NCBI RefSeq assembly: GCF_006345805.1
Contig: NC_042998.1
Span: 130,014,001 to 130,078,000, forward strand
Length of the DNA: 64,000 nucleotides
Origin: Octopus sinensis
Lineage: Eukaryota
Direction of reading: 5' to 3'
The notes beneath the pieces were generated by a model. That model was not told the DNA's origin and ran no database searches. It worked only from the letters and a program-made list of their open reading frames with translations. This document shows positions 11,681 through 25,535 of the stretch, piece after piece (position 1 is the first letter of the stretch; each line of letters starts with the position of its first letter). The translations under genes and the position numbers were made by a program.

Positions 11681-12569
11681 CTTTATGTGTAAAGGTAGAC
11701 TAAACATAAAGTTCAAGGAAATATACAATTAGATACAGGGAGTATGGTATTATACAAGAGAGCAACATACAAAAACTTATGAAGTAAAGTGAATACCAAG
11801 GGGAGAAGCTGTGACCGAATATGTTTGTAAGCCTTTTCTTCCAGAAAAAAAGTTTTATTTTTGAGGAATATGTAAACAAAATCATTATCTTCCGCAGGTA
11901 ATTAAATAGTATTAGTATTAAATATAATAAATGATTATAAATTATATTCAGTAAGCAAGCGATGGAGAAATCTGTAATTTTATAAGATGTTGTAAAAATA
12001 TCATTTTGCTAATTAGACAAGTCGATCAGACAAGTCGATAAGACACCGGGTCAGAAATGGTGTATGAAAAATTGGGGGAGAAGTGGAGCAGATGAAAAAA
12101 AAATTATTGAGAAAAAGGTGAGGGATGAAAAGAGAGAAATAAATTGAAGAGAAGAAAAGGCAGGGATAAAGAAAAATAGGATGTACAGGAAGGAAGAATG
12201 TGTATGGATATTTAGTCTGTAACCCTGAATGTAAAGTAGTGAAATATTGCTCGATGACTCGGGTACTTTAGTATCATTTACTGGCGCTTTAAGAAATTTA
12301 TAAAAACATAATGGACACCAAGATACGCCTGCTATTAAAATTTTTGAACTTCTTAATATGCGCACACATAGACACCAGACACACGCTTACACAAGTATAT
12401 TATATGTCTGTACATATGTGTATACATATAAAGTGTAAATATATAATCCGACAGACAACATTCCATTACATATTTTGACTTATGATGGCACCAAGATACA
12501 TACACAATATCAATGTTATACACACAGACATACATAAAATTACGCATGGATACACGATCGTATGTGTTG

Positions 12570-13260
12570 ACTTTTTGAGTTTGGAGGGATGGCCATTTCA
12601 ATCTGTTCCATTTAAAGTGACATAGGTCAGCATGTGTTGGAAGTATATTCAGATGGGAGAAGATACTTGAGGGTCGATATTCCAGGGTAAATAGACTGAA
12701 AATAATATTTACTGAGAGGCCAAGATGGTGGGATTCTCTAAGAATGGCAAAAGAAAAAGAGACAATTGGTAGAATTACGAGACAAGGCATTGTGTTGAAA
12801 ACTGGCTACAACTGTAGCGATACAAGAGGCAGAGAGACATCACACGTGTGGGCCAGATGAGGAAGCATGCTCGTTATTCACTAAATTCTAGTTACTCGAG
12901 GTCTCTTCTCTGGATGCAGTACAGGATGTCTGTGTGTGACAGTAGCACCTTCTCAGATGTGGCGTCAGTACTCCATTATGATTTTCACTTGAGCCTAGTA
13001 GAGTGTTTGTAGATATTACTTTGCGGAAATAATTCTTTCTTGACCTTGAAGAGAGCAACCAGTCAATGTGATGTTGTCTTAATATCGATGCCAAGGCGTT
13101 GAAAGTAAGTCGTGTCTAACAAAAAACGGATGCAGGGATATTTTCTTCATATGACTAAAACTCGATTGTATTTTACTGCCGTTAAAAGAAACAATTGGTC
13201 TAATCCGACGGAATGATACCCGCAGTGACTCAGCCATATGGAATCAATGCAGGTTTGTAA
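12570..13260 (-). mobile_element. Heavily decayed LINE 3' fragment (Jockey/I/L2-like)
   Basis: Minus strand near 13005-12945 reads LY*AQVKIIMEY*RHI*EGA, resembling the post-RT LYKAQVRPxMEYxxHxWxGA motif. Confidence 0.45.
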
Positions 13261-13741
13261 TGTGATATCTAGGATGCGTATTTATTTATGGTAGGAGAAA
13301 TATGAGTTATTTGCATCATGGAGAGCGTTGTGAATTTTGGAGGCAATTAAGTAAAAGACATAGAAAAATGAGAGTGGGAAATAGAGCCAACATTATGTAT
13401 GTATGTATGTATGTACGCGTGTGTGTATGTGTGTGTGTTTGTATGCATGTATTTGTGTGTATGTTTATGTATGCATGTATATACAGAGAACAATGTATGT
13501 GTGCGAGCGTGTATGTATGCTAGTGCAGTTTGAAAATTGTGAATTGAAACTTCGAATGCGGTGTCAATTTCTAGGAAACAGTTTCTTCTACAACACACAG
13601 TCAATAACATTGATTTATTCAAACAAATAATTTGGCTTTATATCGACAGCAATTCAGTCATTCTCTGTCTCTCACTCTCTCTCAATATTTGTATACATGT
13701 TGACAGTATATGTCTTGTATATATGAATGTATGTATGTATA

Positions 13742-13783
<42 letters not shown>

Positions 13784-13825
13784 TATGTACATATCTATCT
13801 ATGTATATATGTATATATATGTATG

Positions 13826-13856
<31 letters not shown>

Positions 13857-13909
13857 ATATATATATATACACATATATATGTACATATCTATCTATGTAT
13901 ATATGTATA

Positions 13910-13943
<34 letters not shown>

Positions 13944-15084
13944 GATATATATATATATATACACATATATATGTACATATCTATCTATGTATATATGTAT
14001 ATATATATATACACACACATATATATACATACATATATATATATATATGTATATATATTCACACACACATATATATACATATATATATAGGTATATATGC
14101 GTACACATGCACATAACACCACAGATAAATGTAAATATCAAAATATTTTTCTGTTATCGCTTGCCAGTTGACTTTGTAAAATTTCTTTGACCACATTTGA
14201 GTCATATTTATCTCCACCTTACTATCCTTCGGCTACAGCTTTCCTCAAAATACAAGATATTCCATCTGAGTATATCTGATTTATAACTCTATTGATTTTC
14301 TGATAATGTTTTGACTACTTAGGCAATATTTTCACATTATACTGTTGGATTTGCTTGCTGGGAATTATTGAATTTGGTATCTGATTCGGTTAGCTAAACT
14401 GTCTTCAGGTTTTTGTGATGGTTTTTAAAATTTTATTTCGCTTAAATTAATATTTTTCACTTCTTTGTTTTAAGTATCTAGTTTCATATTGTGTGCATAC
14501 GTATATCAATACCATTAGTTATGTAATGGGGCTACAACAAATCGTATATCTTCTTGCCAATATTTTTCGCAGATTTTTTTTTCTTTTAAAAAGAAAAGAA
14601 AATTTAATATTTATCCTAGAGCTCTTTGATATCTGTTAACCAAAATTTTTAACATAATGTTGCTTCTTATATCTTCACTAGATACTGCAATATTGTGACA
14701 CATCAAACATTAACCAACACTGGTCTCTAATACTGGATAAGAGAATATTTTTCAGAGTGAGACACAATCTATCAGTCCAGTAGTTGACCAATACCAATAT
14801 TTTGGTCCATATTTGAAATTACATAATTAACTGCTGTAAGACTTTACTCGCATGTTCCAGCGATTTTGTCAAATTACTACTCGTATTCTTAGCTCAGTAA
14901 TTTATTTAAATATATAGGTACTAAGCTTAAGACGTGGGGAAGTGACATAGTCAATATCACTGATCCCAGTACATGGCTGTTAATCTATTTTATCTATCCC
15001 AAAAGGGTGAAAGACAAATATAACGGGAACTGAACTACAAAAACTATGAGTCTGAAGATAATGCAAAGCATTTATTTTTGATTA

Positions 15085-15311
15085 GGCGGCGAGCTGGCAG
15101 AAACGTTAGCACGCTAGGCGAAATGCTTAGTGGTATTTCGTCTGCCGTTATGTTCTGAGTTCAAATTCCGCTGAGGTCGACTTTGCCTTTCATCCTTTCG
15201 GGGTCGATAAATTAAGTACCAGTTACACACTGGGGTCGATGTAATCGATTTAATCCCTTTGTCCTTGTCTGTTCCCTCTATGCTTAGCCCCTTGTGGGAA
15301 ATAAAGAAATA
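15085..15311 (+). mobile_element. Full-length tRNA-derived SINE with 20-bp TSD, nested in an older opposite-strand SINE (about 14915-15355)
   Basis: ggcggcgagctggcagaa head, B-box-like gagttcaaattcc, gcctttcatcctttcggggtcgataaattaagtacc core; TSD gcaaagcatttatttttgat at 15063-15082 and 15312-15331. Confidence 0.9.
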
Positions 15312-17408
15312 GCAAAGCATTTATTTTTGATGCTCTAACTCTTCTGCCAATTCGTATCTCGTATATAGCGAATAATGATAATATTTTTGTAAAATAATGA
15401 TATAGGAATAAATCTGCATATGAGAGATTTCTATAATGTGAAAACAAATACTGATATCAGATGTATACGATTTAAAATGAAAAAAAAAAACCAAAACGGA
15501 AGAAAACAGAAAATATGAATCTCCGATTTGGTATACAGTTCTCGTATACAAGCAGATGCTTTATAAGAATTGGAGTTTCGAATCTGACTTGTAAATTAAC
15601 TTTTTGGAAATTATATTCATGTCTGATAAACTATTGTATATATTTATATTAACTATATAGAAGCAAATTATTTTTAGCAATATAACACTGATAAAATATT
15701 GAACAATACAAATTTCTATAAATATGGTATAAATAAAGGTATAATTTTATGGTTTGTGTATTAAAAAACAACAAAAAAAGCGTTTGACATCAATTATAAA
15801 ACAATATATGTCAAACATTCTTACATCCGTTATGTAGTTGGTAAAATATCTTAATGTTTAGCTCCTTCGCTTACACACATCAAAAGCATTCCATTCTTTC
15901 ATTTTTTTTTAAGGCAGTACGAAGTGAATTGGCAGTTGCGTCTAGAAGGTCAGTAGGCGATGGAGAGGCTCCTTCGTTAGCGTGTGACAAACATATACAC
16001 TGTTATAGCAGTAAGAAATTTACTTTGAAGATTTAAATATTTGTTGTACCTGTGAAATATCTTGCAACATGCGAAACACCTTTGGGCAATATTCTTAGAG
16101 ATTGTACGTGATATGTAGCGATATCAAAGGTGTCTTACTCTATAAGCATTCTGTGCCATTCAAATTTTGTATTAATAGAATAATGGTGTCGCACAATCAT
16201 TTTTTTTTCTCAAGATTCGTTGAGCTTAATATGATCTTCATTAGTTGCACTATGTCTTAAACTATTGATGATAAACTATTGATGATAAACTATTGATGCC
16301 TATTAAGTATAATAACGGTATTTAACTTCCATAAACAAGCTTTTCCTACAACTAAATATTATCAAAGTAAGATTCGATTAATTCATAAGGTTGCGGTGAT
16401 TTTAGCCGTTGAAGGCATTAAGAGATGTTCGAAACATTTAAATCCAAGTGTTTCAGATAGAGCCATTGTAGCATATAAACATTTCTGCTATTAAAACTGT
16501 TGTTGTTGCTTATATACAAATAATCGTAGACGAACAAGATCTAAAAATTAAAACGGTTCCACTTGTTGCCATACTATCTTACATTTAGACATATTGCATC
16601 TAAGATTATATTGTCTAAAGCCCTTCACTTTTAAAGTAGAAGAGTGTCGTTTAAAGGAATTTTTTGATTTGTTAGCTGATTGAATGTCCTTAAAAGTTTT
16701 TTCTTAGTGAAACACACCCGTATGCAGCTAGTGTTGTAGAAAGTCACAAGATCTAAAATAGAACTATTTTGTTTGTTGATTTAATGCGTCAACCAATTCA
16801 CTATAGCCGAATTTGACTAATCCCGTTTCCTTGTTTGCTTTCAAGAGATTAACTAAATTACACTGAAATTTCTATCCACATTATACCATATGAAATTTCT
16901 CAACTGCGTTTCGAAAATGTCGACACATATCATTAAAATAACATTAGATTCTAGATTCAACGACACAAACAGTAAAATCCCCGTTAAAAATATTTACTTC
17001 TAAAAGGACAACATGGACGGCTTCTTACATTTTAAATGTTCTGAAAGTAGTATCAAGCAATTATAATAGCTATTCATAATTTGGTATTATATATGAACTG
17101 CTGTAGCTTAGTATTCTAAGACTATAACTTCTTTAGTTTTCGTAGCACAACATACAAAGAAAGTACAAGTAGTGGATATTGCGTTCCTTATGATCCAGGC
17201 TTTGAACAGATCAAAAGATAAGATGAACGTACAAAATAAATTACAGGTACTGACTGCAAATTTAACTCTTTTATCAGCAAGTCAGATAGCATCAATAACT
17301 ACCAAGCCATTCACGTTACCAAAATGATCAATCACAGTGTCGCCATATTTTGACTATGAAAACTAGCTGAAGTATAGGCTTCATATGACTTTTCAGGAAA
17401 CTATTCGG

Positions 17409-17479
<71 letters not shown>

Positions 17480-20238
17480 CAGCAAACAAGCAACGCTACT
17501 AAGCAACAAAGAGAACAAAAATGCTCCGCAAATATAACATCACAGAAAAAGATTTGCCGGAGATAAAAGAAAAGCTGAAACAAGATATCCTTGCCAAAGC
17601 TCAAAGGATCCACCGGTACGAGAAACGCCAACGCTTCTTTGAACAGAACAAAAAGTTCAACTCTGACCCCAAAATGTTCTACCAAGAACTGGGCAAAAAT
17701 AATATAGAAGTCACTGCAGCACCAACGGCAGAAGAATTGGAAGAATTCTGGAGAGAAATATGGTCGGCGAACGAACAGCTAAAAAAAAGGAGTATGAAAA
17801 TAACAAACTCGGCATCTGAACAAATTTGGACCCCCATAACAACTGAAGAGGTCACCCAGGCACTGCAAAAACTAAGCAACTGGAAGGCACCTGGGCATGA
17901 CAAGATCCCCACTTCTGGTTGAAATATCTAACAGAATGCACAAAAGCTGGCTGAAAACTTTAACAGCATACTAGCAGAGCCAGAGACAATGCCTGAATGG
18001 CTCACGAAGGGGAAAACCATCTTAATTCCCAAATCAAATGAAACAACAAAACCAGAAAACTACAGACCAATAACCTGCCTCCCTACTATGTTCAAGGCAT
18101 TTACTGCAGTGATATCGCAAAGGCTGAACAAGCACCTGGACGAAAACAAACTGTTCCCAGAAGAGCAGAAAGGATGCCGCAAGGGCTCATATGGCTGTAA
18201 AGATGAACTAATGATTAATAAAGCCGTAACTGAAGACACCACAGAAAGAAGAAAGGCCTCAGTATGGCCTGGATTGACTACAAAAAGGCGTTTGATAGCA
18301 TCCCCCACACATGGATCCTCGAAACACTAGCCATTAACAAAGTAGCACCAACAATCATAAAATTCATAGAGCACTCTATGAATAAATGGCAAACAGTCCT
18401 ACACCTCCAACAAAAGAGGGACTCATGAAAACCAAAGACATCCCCATTGGAAGAGGAATATTCCAGGGAGACACGCTCTCTCCACTCCTTTTCTGCTTGG
18501 CACTGTCACCTCTATCTGATATGCTAAATAGAAATGGATGCGGATATAAATGTTACGGCAAAACGATCAGCCACCTTTTATATATGGATGACCTAAAACT
18601 ATACGCTGCAAATGACAAACAGCTGGAAACACTATTAAAGACAGTTCATGGATTTACCAAAGAAATAGATATGAAATTTGGACTAGAAAAATGCGCCAAA
18701 GTAACCATGAAAAGAGGAAAACTAGTTAAGAGTAACAACATCACACTAGATAAAACCAATGAAATAAAAGAATTAGACCAAAGCCAAACTTACAAATACT
18801 TAGGAATCCATGAACTAGATAGGACACAACACACACAAATGAAAGACAAAATAAAAAAAGAATATTATAGACGTGTTAGATCAATACTAAAAACAGAGCT
18901 CAATGCTAAAAACAAGATAATAGGTATCAACACTTTAGCTTTCCCAGTTATAAGTTACAGCTACAATATCCTTAACTGGACACGAAAAGAACTGTCCAAA
19001 ATAGATAGGAAAACAAGAAAAATACTGACAAGATCTAGGATGCATCACCCAAAATCTGACATAGAAAGACTATATATACAACGTATAGAAGGTGGTAGAG
19101 GCCTTATACAGCTGGAAAACTACTATAAAATAACCACCATAGGACTGCAAAAATACCTACTTCAGAAGGAAGGAAAACTGATACAGATAGCAGCAAAACA
19201 CGAGCAAAACAAAAAAAACTGTTCTCAGTATTTAAGGAAGCTGACAAATACAAACAATAAATCATACCACCTAATAAACACAAAGAAGAAGAAGAAGATG
19301 ATGAAGAAACAACAAAAGCTATAAAACAAATGAAATCCAAACTAAAAATAGAACAGCAACGAGCCATGATAAAACGATGGCAAGAAAAACCCCTTCATGG
19401 TAAATACTGCACTAAACTAAACGCAAAAGAAATAGACAAAGAAAAATCCCAGCAATGGTTGAGAAGCTCAGGACTCAAAGCAGAAACAGAAGGATTTTTA
19501 ATTGCAGCACAAGACCAAAGCCTCCCCACCAGAAATTACCAAAAACATGTAATGAAAAGAAATATTACAAGTAACTGCAGAATATGTGGAGATGGACAAG
19601 AAACAATAAATCATATTATCTCTAGCTGCCCAGTCCTGGCTAAGAAGGAATATATTCACAGACATGACAGAGTTGGAACCTACATACATTGGAAGCTATG
19701 CCAACATTATGGAATAACAACAGAAAAAAGATGGTATAGGCACACACCAGAAAAGGTCACAGAAAACGAGAAAGCAACCATAAACTGGGATATGCCGATA
19801 CACAGAGATAGAGAAATTAAGGCCAACAGACCAGATATAGTTGTCAGAGATCATGCAGAAAAAAATGCTTTCTAATTGATGTATCAATACCGGCAGATGA
19901 CAACGTGTCTCTAAAAGAAATGGAGAAACTCTCAAAATACAAAGACCTGGAAATAGAGATAACTAGAATATGGAACCTGAAAACAGAAACAATTCCTATC
20001 ATAATAGGTGCATTAGGCATGATAAAAAAATATTCAGACAAATACATAACAAAAACACCAGGACTTACAAACACATATAACATACAGAAAATTGCAATAC
20101 TAGGCACTGTATAAATCCTACGCAGAACACTTTCCATACAATAACCATCAGAGCATCACAACAAATCACAGCACATACCCAAGGCACACAGGGCTGCGCT
20201 CGGTAGTGAAGTGAAAGCACGCTATAAAAATAATACTA

Positions 20239-20243
<5 letters not shown>
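17480..20243 (+). mobile_element. 5'-truncated R4/Dong-clade non-LTR retrotransposon (RT + CCHC + RLE endonuclease) in (TAA)n; frameshifted
   Basis: WKAPGHDKI, PEWLTKGKTILIPK, NYRPITCL, EEQKGC, GIFQGDTLSPLLF, HLLYMDDLKLY, CRICG..ETINHIISSC, RHD, RPDIVV..IDVSIP, KLSKY; (TAA)n on both flanks. Confidence 0.92.
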
Positions 20244-20314
<71 letters not shown>

Positions 20315-20476
20315 CTCTTTTACACGTTTCAATCATTTGAATACAGCCATGCTGGAGCATGCAGTAGCACCTTTAGTCGAAGAAATCGACCTCAGGGCTT
20401 ATACTTTGTAAGCCTAATACTTATTCTATCCATCTCTTTTGATAAACCGTTAAGTTTCGGGGACATAAACATACCA
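20315..20476 (-). mobile_element. SINE body fragment cut off by element C
   Basis: gccatgctggagca...tttagtcga...aagcctaatacttattctat...ggggacataaacatacc, homologous to 590-790 and 44120-44330. Confidence 0.65.
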
Positions 20477-21434
20477 AATGCAGAATATGCATTTCATGTT
20501 CGTCAATGCAACAAACTCAAGAAATATAAGAAAAAACATAACATTACAAACTCGATAGCCAACCGTAGAATTCGTCGTAGCATGTACGAATGTTTATCCT
20601 TACATATCTATGAAAATGGCGGGCTTTTTCGCAATGCATTTCGGTAACAAATTGCCTAGTCGGAATAAAAATTCAGTATTGAACTATTCCAGTGAAAAAT
20701 ATAAATTAACAATTGAGGATAAAATCTTTAAAAGAAATTATCAGTAGTCAGCGTGAAAAACCTCGTAAGAGAAAAAATCCGTAAATTCTTCCTCTTTGAA
20801 AATATTCATTTATATTATATTGAGGGTACTACCACTATTCGTAGATACCAACACGCTAAGAGGGACCAATGCAGTCAAAACTACTAAAAATAAACAAAAT
20901 TTTACCGAATAGTGGTAGTACCCTCAATATAATATAAATGAATATTTTCAAAGAGGAAGAATTTACGGATTTTTTCTCTTACGAGGTTTTTCACGCTGAC
21001 TACTGATAATTTCTTTTAAAGATTTTATCCTCAATTGTTAATTTATATTTTTCACTGGAATAGTTCAATACTGAATTTTTATTCCGACTAGGCAATTTGT
21101 TACCGAAATGCATTGCGAAAAAGCCCGCCATTTTCATAGATATGTAAGGATAAACATTCGTACATGCTACGACGAATTCTACGGTTGGCTATCGAGTTTG
21201 TAATGTTATGTTTTTTCTTATATTTCTTGAGTTTGTTGCACTGACGAACATGAAATGCATATTCTGCATTAAATGCAAAATCACATGTGATATGTAACTG
21301 AATTCTTTTTTTAAAATGATGTGTTTTGAAGTTTTGCATTCGGTAAAATTTTGTTTATTTTTAGTAGTTTTGACCGCATTGGTCCCTCTTAGCGTGTTGG
21401 TATCTACGAATAGTAGTAGTACCCTCAATATAAT
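20477..21434. mobile_element. Hammerhead-bearing element C, 501-nt monomer with fold-back inversion
   Basis: gtaccctcaatataatata recurs with period 501 (ccctc at 20921 and 21422). 20477-20910 is an inverted, circularly permuted copy of 20906-21434. The sense end runs into (TA)n. Confidence 0.8.
21237..21268 (+). ncRNA. Minimal type I hammerhead-like motif (inverted copy at about 20479-20510 has C3>U)
   Basis: tgca-CTGACGA-a ca t-GAAA tgcatat TC-tgca: canonical core, 4-bp stem I, vestigial stems II and III, palindromic ATGCAT. Confidence 0.55.
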
Positions 21435-21856
21435 ATATATATATATATATATATGGAGTTAAACGCAGTTGTTATTGAAATCTTTATAATTTCGACATAT
21501 ATGCAGTAATCACATTCGGTTAAAATGACTTATTGATGCGTTTGTTTCTTTTTTTTCTGAGAGGATTGCATTGTTTTACATCATTTTATTCTTTCTCGAA
21601 TAATACTGATGTTTTCTCGAAACATCTGTCGTAAGTATAGAGATTTGAATAACACCTGCGTTTAATTCCCTTTATTTATTTATGTGATATAAAAACATTT
21701 CACCAAAACCTGGAATTTCTACCTTTATAAGTAGGCTGTTACATCCTTGGTACTTATGTGAATTTTTGCTACCCTGCTAAATATTTATTTACTTTATCCG
21801 TGTTATATATAAACATTGAAAAAATACGCATACATACATACATACATACATACATA

Positions 21857-21971
21857 TGCTCGAAACGTTAAACCCTCCTTCTTTCCTTCTTTCCTGAGCA
21901 TCCAATAATACTATATTTGTTCCACGTCCTCGCGTTGTTGTGTTTTTTTGTGCTTTCTTGTTTGGATTAAC
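21857..21971 (+). mobile_element. 5'-truncated pLTR-like fragment ending in (TA)n
   Basis: Starts at gctcgaaacgtta (3' half of the hammerhead-like motif), pyrimidine-rich body, 3' end ggattaac(TA)n; same layout as 10085-10277. Confidence 0.5.
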
Positions 21972-21989
21972 TATATATATATATATATG

Positions 21990-22040
<51 letters not shown>

Positions 22041-22054
22041 ATGCATGCGTGGGC

Positions 22055-22640
22055 ACACGACGGCACTAAACGTGTACAACAAAAAAACGAAGTACGAGTA
22101 TATGGAATACAAACTATTTATTCGAACAATGAAAGGCAGAAGTAGAAAACAAGACAAACAACATAAAGAACGACCAAACAGTTGGCTGTTTTTTCTACTC
22201 TCGTATTTCGAGCTTTTAACAACAATATACGCTTTCGATAAAACAGTTGCTCCCGCAAAGTAAATCAAATAAAATTTGGGATTTTGCGGTGGGTCAAAAT
22301 TGGTAACACAAACAGGACTGTGAAAACAAATACGAAGGTCTGATAAGCCTAAATGAGGTTGTAGTGGTGAACACATAAATCAAGCTTGGGCAGGAGACAC
22401 AAGAACACGTCTTCCTTGTTCCAGCTACAAAGGTGAGAAAGAAACACAAGTTAGAATAAATTAAAATGGCAGATGGTCACGTGGGAGCCACGTGAGCAAG
22501 GAAGGGGCGTGAGAGAGAGAGAGTGACAATGTAATAGGCTAGAATAGTGTGAGAAGAGGAGGTAAATAATGAGAGAGAGAAAAACGAAAGAGTAAAAGAT
22601 CGTATACAGTACGCATCAGAATTAAGATAAAACTTATTTG
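22055..22640 (-). mobile_element. Probable PLE pLTR-like relic
   Basis: Minus strand of 22186-22246: ctgtttt atcgaa agc...gctc GAAA t acgaga gta gaaaaaacag, a decayed hammerhead-like fold; abuts a (GT)n tract. Confidence 0.4.
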
Positions 22641-23460
22641 GAAGAGAATGCGTGGCGTTCAATTGTATAGTTATGTAAATGATATATGTATGTATGTATG
22701 TATGAATGTATATATGTATGTATGCATATATGTATGTGGTCAAATTTCGCCAAGGTAGTGTTTGTATTTCATACTACCGAGGTTGATAAAATAAATAACA
22801 GTTGAACACTGGGATCGATGTAATCGACTTAGCTTGCGCTCTCCTAAATTGGTGACCTTGGGTCAAAATCTGAAACCAATATCATTTACTTAAAACAGCA
22901 TGCAGTAAGCACGCAAGGCAAAATCATTAGTCACCAGCTTTATCCTGGGGTCAACGTGAGCGACTTAAACCTACCCTAAAATCGCTGGCCTTGTCACAAA
23001 ATTTGAAATCATTATTAATATTACATATGCTTTCCCATATTTAACTGCGAGGTCCACAAATATATGATATGACTATGAATTTGTTTTGTCTAAGTAAAAT
23101 TACTCAAATTTACGTTTACGAGCGTACATTTGAAAAGTATATTTCCGATATATCGGCATTCATGTGTCAGTATAAATCACAAGATGGCAAGAAAAAATAC
23201 ACTTCCGGAAATTATTCATTCATTGCACTCATGCCGTTTGATTGATTGCATTATAGTGGAGCAAATAAGCATGTTGGCTAATAGTTACGAACATTAAATA
23301 CAGTATAATAAAATAAAGTATAATCATAAAGTAATGTTTTACATTAAAGTAAACTTCAACATACAACGGTATATTCAAATGAAGTTTAATATAAAACATA
23401 TCTGCCTCTCTGTCTATCTATCCATCCATGTATGTATGTATGTATGTATGTATGTATGTA

Positions 23461-23495
<35 letters not shown>

Positions 23496-25185
23496 CCATC
23501 CATCCATCCTTCCATCCATCTGTCCATCCATCCGTCTGTGCGTTTGTGCATTCGTCCGTCCGTCCGTCCGTCTGTCTGTATTCTCTTTGTCTATCTATCT
23601 ATGAAACGAAATTGAACTAAGAGAAATAACTTAGCAAATATTTCAACAATAAAGTCGCACAAAACAAGAGAAACTCTGATTTATTGATCCTATATCCGCT
23701 TCCAGAGACTATAGATCAACTTCTTGATGGCAACTGGTACAAAATCCAAATGAGAAAAGAAAGTAATCACAACAATTAGGAATTTTCCAAATTTGACAAT
23801 ACAGTCTAATTGTCTGAATCGTACTAGCAGATATTTCTACCGCAACAGGCATCACATGCCCAGCAATTATCCAAACTTATCTTCAGCAAACGAGACACTT
23901 GGACAGACGCTCTCATTGCATAGAGAGTGGAGACAAATACCACAAGTCCTTCTACCCAACTCTGTAATATTCTCTCAAATTGCTACATAAATACTTTTAG
24001 AAACATATGTATTCTCCTGCTGACATACAAACCGATAAATTCTATGAAAAGATAAATTTTCAACTCGCAACTGCTGCGAATCTTTCTCTCTCAAGTCACC
24101 TCTTTTGATAATCAAAATGCTGCGTTCTTGGTAAATAGAATTCATGAATTCTAGCGCTTCAATTATGCTCTCCGCTGGAGTTTTGGAGTAAAACGAGGAA
24201 AAACTTATCAATAAGAGCTTCATAGTAATTGTGTATGAAAGATATTAAATAGGGTCATCACACCATTCCTAAGTATAGAACACGTACACATACACACACA
24301 CACACATGTACAGGCATATATAAAAATATACAGATACAAACACGCATATAAGTACACAGAAATACACGCATATTATGAAAGGAACAGAGTGTGAGTGACA
24401 CACACAGTTATATATACACACACTCTCATAAAAACACTTGATGATAATCTTAATCATATTACCACCATGAATAATATTCAATGAAGAACTTCTATATCTT
24501 CAAATCTAGGATATGCGTTTAATTACTTGATTTCGAACTTACGGAGGCACAATTGTATCAGATTTTAATACACAACTTCCATGAAAGATACGTCCAATAT
24601 GTAGGAAACCTCTCATGGATATGTATTGATCAATACATATACATATACGTCTGGATGTATACATGTGTTTGAATATGTATGTGTGTGTCTGCTGAGGTGC
24701 ATGAATTGGTATTATACATATATTTAAACATACACACCGCGCGCACGTAAAATATATATATATACACACACACACATGTATATAGTTGTATATATAGGTT
24801 GTATTATACATATCTTTAAATATACACATGTATACATAGAAATGTATAAAGGAATATAAATATATATAGATAAATATATACATATATATATGTGTATTTA
24901 TGTACGTGTACATGTACGTGTCTATGTACCTATATATCTATTTATATGAATGTATGCGTGATTCTGTTTTTATAAATTAAGCCTGCACATATACAGACAT
25001 ACAAGAACAACAACAGACTCAGACACGCACAGACGCTCGCACACACACACACATACACACACACACACACACATACACACACACACAGAACACAACGCAA
25101 TCATAAATCTTTGTTTATATGTACGTGTAGGTAGGCACTAATTTGAAATATAAATATATAGGCTTCTACAAAATAAACAATAGTT

Positions 25186-25249
<64 letters not shown>

Positions 25250-25451
25250 TAATAGTAATAAACAAATAGCTACAAATATAAATAGCTTCACAGGATTCGC
25301 TTATTTTTGTATTTCATTCAATTATATTTGCGAAAGCGTCAGGTTTACTTGTTTATAAACACAAATTTCGTTTTATATTCATATATATCATACACACGTA
25401 ATATATACATATATAAAAACATGTGTCCAAATATGTGCGCAAACATATACC

Positions 25452-25535
<84 letters not shown>

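Noticed and set aside
14140-14830. Coding-like strand asymmetry suggesting a decayed retroelement
   Set aside because: No diagnostic motif could be read.
16259-16298. Small tandem duplications (14 bp x3 here; 21 bp x2 at about 45648-45697; 31 bp x2 at about 60934-60995)
   Set aside because: Ordinary slippage products with no further structure.
23700-24230. Mixed-composition stretch with short ORFs on both strands
   Set aside because: No motif recognised; may be an ancient TE remnant but I cannot assign it.
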